Of a DNA stretch of 64,000 bases, positions 59,917 through 64,000 are shown in pieces. The stretch is from Fibrobacteria bacterium. Its GTDB lineage: Bacteria > Fibrobacterota > Fibrobacteria > UBA11236. The notes under the pieces were generated by a model. It did no database searches and had not been told where the DNA came from. It saw only the letters and a program-made list of their open reading frames with translations. The stretch is taken from positions 41,738 to 105,737 of the forward strand of contig JAYTSD010000032.1 in the NCBI GenBank assembly GCA_043745805.1, written 5' to 3'. The translations under genes and the position numbers were made by a program. Position 1 is the stretch's first letter; every line of letters begins with the position of its first letter.

Positions 59917-61713
59917 TTATAAAAAAAGTTTTGAAAAATCTTTAACAGGTTCATTAATATCTTCAGTGACTGGTTCTGAAATTTGTTTTTGCAAATATTC
60001 ATTAGTTGTTACTTGCATAACTTCAGGCTGAAGGCTTAGCGGAATTTCACTTGGCGTGGAGCGAGGTGTATCACTATTGTTACGGTTAACATTGGCTTGT
60101 AGGCTTACTGATTCTGTGAAGGTAAAAAGCTGTTCGCCCACAAAAATCGAATCCAAACTTTTTTTTGTTTCAGCAATACCATCCCAGCCATAAATATTTA
60201 ACAAGGAGAGCATATTCATGTGTCTATCTTGACCTCGTCCTTTGCCAAGCCAATTCAAACCAGAAAACAAATCCGAAAAATTATTTTTCTGGGTATTGAA
60301 ATTCTGTCGCTTTAAAGTTTGCAAATAACGATTCCAAACTTGTTGCAATCTTTTTTCTAATAAATCCAAACTGGTTTTATCCTGAAATTCCGTAATATGC
60401 AAGCGATGTAAATCTTCACCTCGCACATAAAAATTTTCCCAAGTAAATTTCGCATTTGAAGTTTTTTCATTCCACAATTTTTCAATGAGTTGTGCTTTTA
60501 ATGCAGACGGTAAAAGTTGCGCAGGATTTTCCTGCTGCAAGTTTTGGAATTTTACATAAACTTCTTCAGACATTATCGCGGCGGATTGACGCGGTTGTAG
60601 TAAAGGCATATCGCCGGTCCATTGCATAAAGATAGGCGCAAGTTGAGCAAAATATTTAAGTTCGCTAGGACCAAGCACATGTCCCAGTAAGGGGAAAATA
60701 AAGTCGGCAATTAAAGGACGAGATACCACATCATGCGTGATTTCTAAATGATCCAATGCATTATTTTCTAAAAGATTTTCGCCGAGGTGTTTTTGTCCAA
60801 AAACTTTATTGTTTTGAAATAGCAGTCTTTCGCGTTCGCCATTACGTATAACAAAGGCATGTACCGTCCCTTCGCGGAAACGTACCTGCGACATTACCTC
60901 CGTGCGCTCTAAGGTTTTACTGCCTTGATCTAAGGCAGCTTCAAAAGATTTGGCCTTGGCAATAATCTCTGAAAGTTTGGGCTTAGCGATTGCACGGATG
61001 GCAGGTGAATAGCCATCTACAAAGAGTATACCGGCTTCCCCTAAAAATGCTTGCGCAATTTTTTTAAAGCTAGTAGCAAAAGTATCGTCTGCTTGTACAC
61101 AAGATTTAGCGAAGGCAATAGTTTCGGGTTTCCACGTTTCATTTAATTTTTCCCAAAGAGTTTTTAATTCTGATTCAGAAAATTTTCTGTCTCCCACGGG
61201 AATTAATCGATTCGCTTCGGAAAAAGTAAGGGAAAGAATTTCCTCGCTGGATTTGTTTTGAATTTCCAAAAGCTCCAAGGCATTGACTTCGGTTAAATCA
61301 GAATCATCGCCTGCTACCCAAAATAATGGAATAACTGGCACGCCCAATCCTTCTGTCATTTGTTTGGCTAAGGCAATGCAAGTTAAGGCTTTGTAAAACC
61401 AAAGTGCGGGACCGCCGAGTAAGCCTGGTTGTTGGCCTGTCATGATGAAAATGGTTTGCGCTTCACCGACTTGTTGCAAATGTTCTTTTTGTTTGACGGT
61501 TAAAGAGGTGAAAGAATTTTCGCCAGCGAGTAATCGTTGTATAGCTATTCTATCAAATTTTGCATGCGTTAAATATTTCCAACGACGTAACACAGATTTA
61601 TCATGCAAAAAACATCCACCCGGAAAAATTTGACGACTACTGGCCGTGGCGGAAAATAATAAATCATTAAGGGAATTATGAGCGGGAGTTTTACTTTGGC
61701 AGCGTATCTTCAA
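59917..61713 (-). CDS. bshC: Bacillithiol cysteine-adding enzyme
   Basis: TGQQPGLLGGP, YKALT, VIPLFWVAGDDSD, VVSRPL, GPSELKYFAQL, QDR; in the bsh operon. Confidence 0.85.
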   Translation of the reverse strand: MKIRCQSKTPAHNSLNDLLFSATASSRQIFPGGCFLHDKSVLRRWKYLTHAKFDRIAIQRLLAGENSFTSLTVKQKEHLQQVGEAQTIFIMTGQQPGLLGGPALWFYKALTCIALAKQMTEGLGVPVIPLFWVAGDDSDLTEVNALELLEIQNKSSEEILSLTFSEANRLIPVGDRKFSESELKTLWEKLNETWKPETIAFAKSCVQADDTFATSFKKIAQAFLGEAGILFVDGYSPAIRAIAKPKLSEIIAKAKSFEAALDQGSKTLERTEVMSQVRFREGTVHAFVIRNGERERLLFQNNKVFGQKHLGENLLENNALDHLEITHDVVSRPLIADFIFPLLGHVLGPSELKYFAQLAPIFMQWTGDMPLLQPRQSAAIMSEEVYVKFQNLQQENPAQLLPSALKAQLIEKLWNEKTSNAKFTWENFYVRGEDLHRLHITEFQDKTSLDLLEKRLQQVWNRYLQTLKRQNFNTQKNNFSDLFSGLNWLGKGRGQDRHMNMLSLLNIYGWDGIAETKKSLDSIFVGEQLFTFTESVSLQANVNRNNSDTPRSTPSEIPLSLQPEVMQVTTNEYLQKQISEPVTEDINEPVKDFSKLFL

Positions 61714-61723
61714 CGTGACATCC

Positions 61724-62452
61724 TCATTTTACCTTTTTACACAAAAGACTCATGCGCGGTGACATAGCATTAAAGCAATCGCCTTTTTCATTGCCAAAAA
61801 CTTGTTCAATGTGCAAGCCTTCATTTTGTGTCATCACTTGCATTTCTTGCAACGTATATAAATTCACTTGTTCACTATGTTTTTCTTCTCGGCCATCAGG
61901 GAAGAGTATATGAATTTCTTTCACAACTTTCTTTCCTCCATTTTCTAGACGACGTTTTTGGTTGACGCGCATATCGGGAAGTTGGCGTGTTTCTTCGGAT
62001 ACTAAAGTCTTTTTTATAAACTCGGCATTCATTAGGTCTAAAAACAAATAGCCAGAGGGCCTTATTAGGCCGATGAAACCTCGTAATACTTGAAGGTCTT
62101 CATCTGGGCCTAAAAAATATCCAAAGGAAGTAAAAAAATTGGTAAGCAGGTCGAAGCTTTGCGCAGGGAAGGGAAGGCGACGCATATCGGCACGCAATAC
62201 GGGTAAATTAAAGGTGCGACATTCCTTAAGTAAGGTGGAAGAAAGATCGAGTCCAAAAGCTTGATGAGGGGTGCGACGTAAACATTCTAAATGCCGTCCC
62301 GAGCCACAGCCTATATCCAAGATACGCATAGTTTTTTTGGGTAAGGCACCTAAAAGCATTTTGACTTGCTCTTGGGCTTGATGTAAATCGCGATGCGTGT
62401 AAAGTTTTTGATAAACCGTACCGAACCAAGCTTTAAACCATTCTTTTTGCAT
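61724..62452 (-). CDS. Class I SAM-dependent methyltransferase (NmbT-like candidate)
   Basis: WFKAWF...LYTHRD, LDIGCGSGRH, ADMR, NFFTSFGYF; 10 nt upstream of bshC. Confidence 0.8.
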   Translation of the reverse strand: MQKEWFKAWFGTVYQKLYTHRDLHQAQEQVKMLLGALPKKTMRILDIGCGSGRHLECLRRTPHQAFGLDLSSTLLKECRTFNLPVLRADMRRLPFPAQSFDLLTNFFTSFGYFLGPDEDLQVLRGFIGLIRPSGYLFLDLMNAEFIKKTLVSEETRQLPDMRVNQKRRLENGGKKVVKEIHILFPDGREEKHSEQVNLYTLQEMQVMTQNEGLHIEQVFGNEKGDCFNAMSPRMSLLCKKVK

Positions 62453-62529
62453 AGGAACAGTAAGAATTAAGCCTAGCTACGTAGCATGGGCGGTACAGGG
62501 TGTAAAGTTTTTAAGCAGTAGTTATGCTA

Positions 62530-62901
62530 TTAAGCGGTAACTAAAGCGCCGGACATTTGTTGAATGGCGGAATAAAACTCTTCAGTTTGTGATGGGAAAG
62601 AACAATGACCGGTAACCGCTTTGCGATTGCGGAATTTTAAAGGAGGCATTTTTTTGAATTTGCTTAAAACCACAATAGGTTTATTATTAATATTTTCTAG
62701 TACGCCAAAATATTTTAGAATGGAAGCGCAGCGTTGCCAGCTATCATAATCCACCAACATACCATCGAAACTTTCGGTACGGCCATCGCGATTCAAAAAA
62801 GTCTTGAGATCGAAAGCTTTAAAATGGTGAGGGGTGGAGGTCAGCAAGTCCTCTACATATTTTCGCATGCTGTTGTTTTCGGAGAAAACTAATAACTTCA
62901 T
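62530..62901 (-). CDS. Atypical receiver-like hypothetical protein
   Basis: MKLLVFSENN...FDGMLVD...PIVVLS follows the receiver-fold pattern with degenerate conserved residues; likely start 62901 with AAGGA RBS. Confidence 0.4.
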   Translation of the reverse strand: MKLLVFSENNSMRKYVEDLLTSTPHHFKAFDLKTFLNRDGRTESFDGMLVDYDSWQRCASILKYFGVLENINNKPIVVLSKFKKMPPLKFRNRKAVTGHCSFPSQTEEFYSAIQQMSGALVTA

Positions 62902-63052
62902 CGCCAAATCCTTTCGTGCGCCTACCCGCAAAATCTTTTTAGGCATGTAAATTTAATAAGGTATGGCTAAATATTAAATGCAGCCTCATCTTCTCGAAGA
63001 AATGAGCCTCAAATGAGAATTTCACCACTTTGAACCTTAAAATCTCCATATA

Positions 63053-63080
63053 GTAACTTTGTGAAGAAATGTCCGACTTA
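63053..63080 (+). promoter_or_regulatory. Candidate autoregulatory ECF promoter
   Basis: GTAAC-N16-CGACTTA ending ~40 nt upstream of the ECF sigma ATG. Confidence 0.45.
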
Positions 63081-63119
63081 TTACAGGAAAAGTGCTGTTA
63101 GCATGCTGGTAAACGACTG

Positions 63120-63800
63120 ATGCCGGAAAAAAGTCCTGAATTAGGGATTAAAGGCGGAAACTCCTTTGTGGCGATCAATACGCCGGAGTTCTTGGCACTC
63201 TTACTGGTAAAGGGTTCCGAGCGGCAGGCGGCCTATCGAGAATTAGTAGAAGGGATGCAGGGGCCATTGTTGTCGTATAGTCGCAAATTTGTGAGTTCTC
63301 CAGAGGAAGCACAGGAAATTGTGCAAGAAGTTTATTTGGGGGTGTTCAAAGGCTTGGCGGGTTTTTCTGGACAATCCAAGCTAACCACCTGGATTTATGG
63401 TTTGGCGCATTACAAAATTTGCGATCGACTTTCGGATAAATTCCGCAAGTTCGAGGAATTAGAGGATGGACAACGGGATTTACATGAAAAAAAATCCATT
63501 GACTGGGATTTGGCCGAAATGCTCAAAGCGACTCCTTGGGATTTGCCTCCAGATAAATTTTTGCTCCATTCGGCTGTGAAAACCTTAATTGCGGATGCCG
63601 TCACACGCCTTTCTGCACCGGCAATGGAAATCTATCACTTGCGCGATATTCAAGGTTTATCGGGTGAAGAAGTGGCAGAGGCCTTGGGATTGAGTCCTGT
63701 AACAGTGCGTGTGCGCTTGCATCGGGCTCGCAATCAAATTGTAACCTGGGTGCGTGAACAAATGAAAAGCAAAGGGCCTATTCAAGAGGTCAATATATGA
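63120..63800 (+). CDS. ECF sigma-70 factor
   Basis: AQEIVQEVYL, FSGQSKLTTWIY (region 2); LRDIQGLSGEEVAEALGLS..TVRVRLHRAR (region 4). Confidence 0.93.
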   Translation: MPEKSPELGIKGGNSFVAINTPEFLALLLVKGSERQAAYRELVEGMQGPLLSYSRKFVSSPEEAQEIVQEVYLGVFKGLAGFSGQSKLTTWIYGLAHYKICDRLSDKFRKFEELEDGQRDLHEKKSIDWDLAEMLKATPWDLPPDKFLLHSAVKTLIADAVTRLSAPAMEIYHLRDIQGLSGEEVAEALGLSPVTVRVRLHRARNQIVTWVREQMKSKGPIQEVNI

Positions 63801-64000
63801 ATAAAATCAGCAGTTTACTTTTTTATCCTTGCAGCCGGATTCCTGAATTTGTTTACGATTATATTGACGGGAATTTGACCAAGGTTATCAAAATGCGTTT
63901 TGAGGCCCATATTGCAATGTGTAAATGTTGCCATGAATATGTTTTGCTTTATCGATCCACTGCCAATGTGGAGGTATTTCAAAAACTAAATCCACCTTCA
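63797..64000 (+). CDS. zf-HC2 (ZAS) anti-sigma factor, partial
   Basis: Not in the ORF track. MNKISSLLFYPCSRIPEFVYDYIDGNL...FEAHIAMCKCC has HxxxCxxC; ATGA overlap with the sigma gene. Confidence 0.88.
   Translation, partial: MNKISSLLFYPCSRIPEFVYDYIDGNLTKVIKMRFEAHIAMCKCCHEYVLLYRSTANVEVFQKLNPPS

Noticed and set aside
1-64000. CRISPR arrays, rRNA, tRNA, intact IS or prophage
   Set aside because: No spaced repeats, RNA gene signatures, transposase or phage structural genes were recognised by eye; intergenic gaps are short.

Overview
A ~40% GC bacterial chromosomal window. The lineage is inferred to be FCB group, possibly Fibrobacterota-like, and is not provable from this window. Most of it is housekeeping: valS, trpEGDC, fused glyQS, tol-pal, dnaA, metH with an ArsR-methyltransferase regulator, pyrC, lepA, tsaD, ftsX-envC-holB-recJ, a bacillithiol operon, a minor-pilin cluster and an ECF sigma/anti-sigma pair. 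No rRNA, tRNA or CRISPR array was recognised. Main leads: (1) an AT-rich island at 2.1-4.4 kb encoding a secreted Asp-box enzyme with a Cys-loop/helical tail, followed by two tandem paralogous small secreted proteins with an OB-fold pattern like AB5-toxin B subunits (candidate new AB5-like system; inference); (2) a DUF692/MNIO enzyme converging on a 6-Cys bufferin-like precursor and a Cys-less paralogue, with no adjacent partner gene; (3) a SAM methyltransferase-bshC-bshB1-bshA operon (candidate N-methyl-bacillithiol); (4) several degenerate mobile-element-like genes: a broken BrnT toxin, a catalytically dead tyrosine recombinase, a Bro-N pseudogene containing a perfect palindrome, and a degenerate primase-helicase-like ORF. 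All family calls come from recognised motifs; no searches were run.
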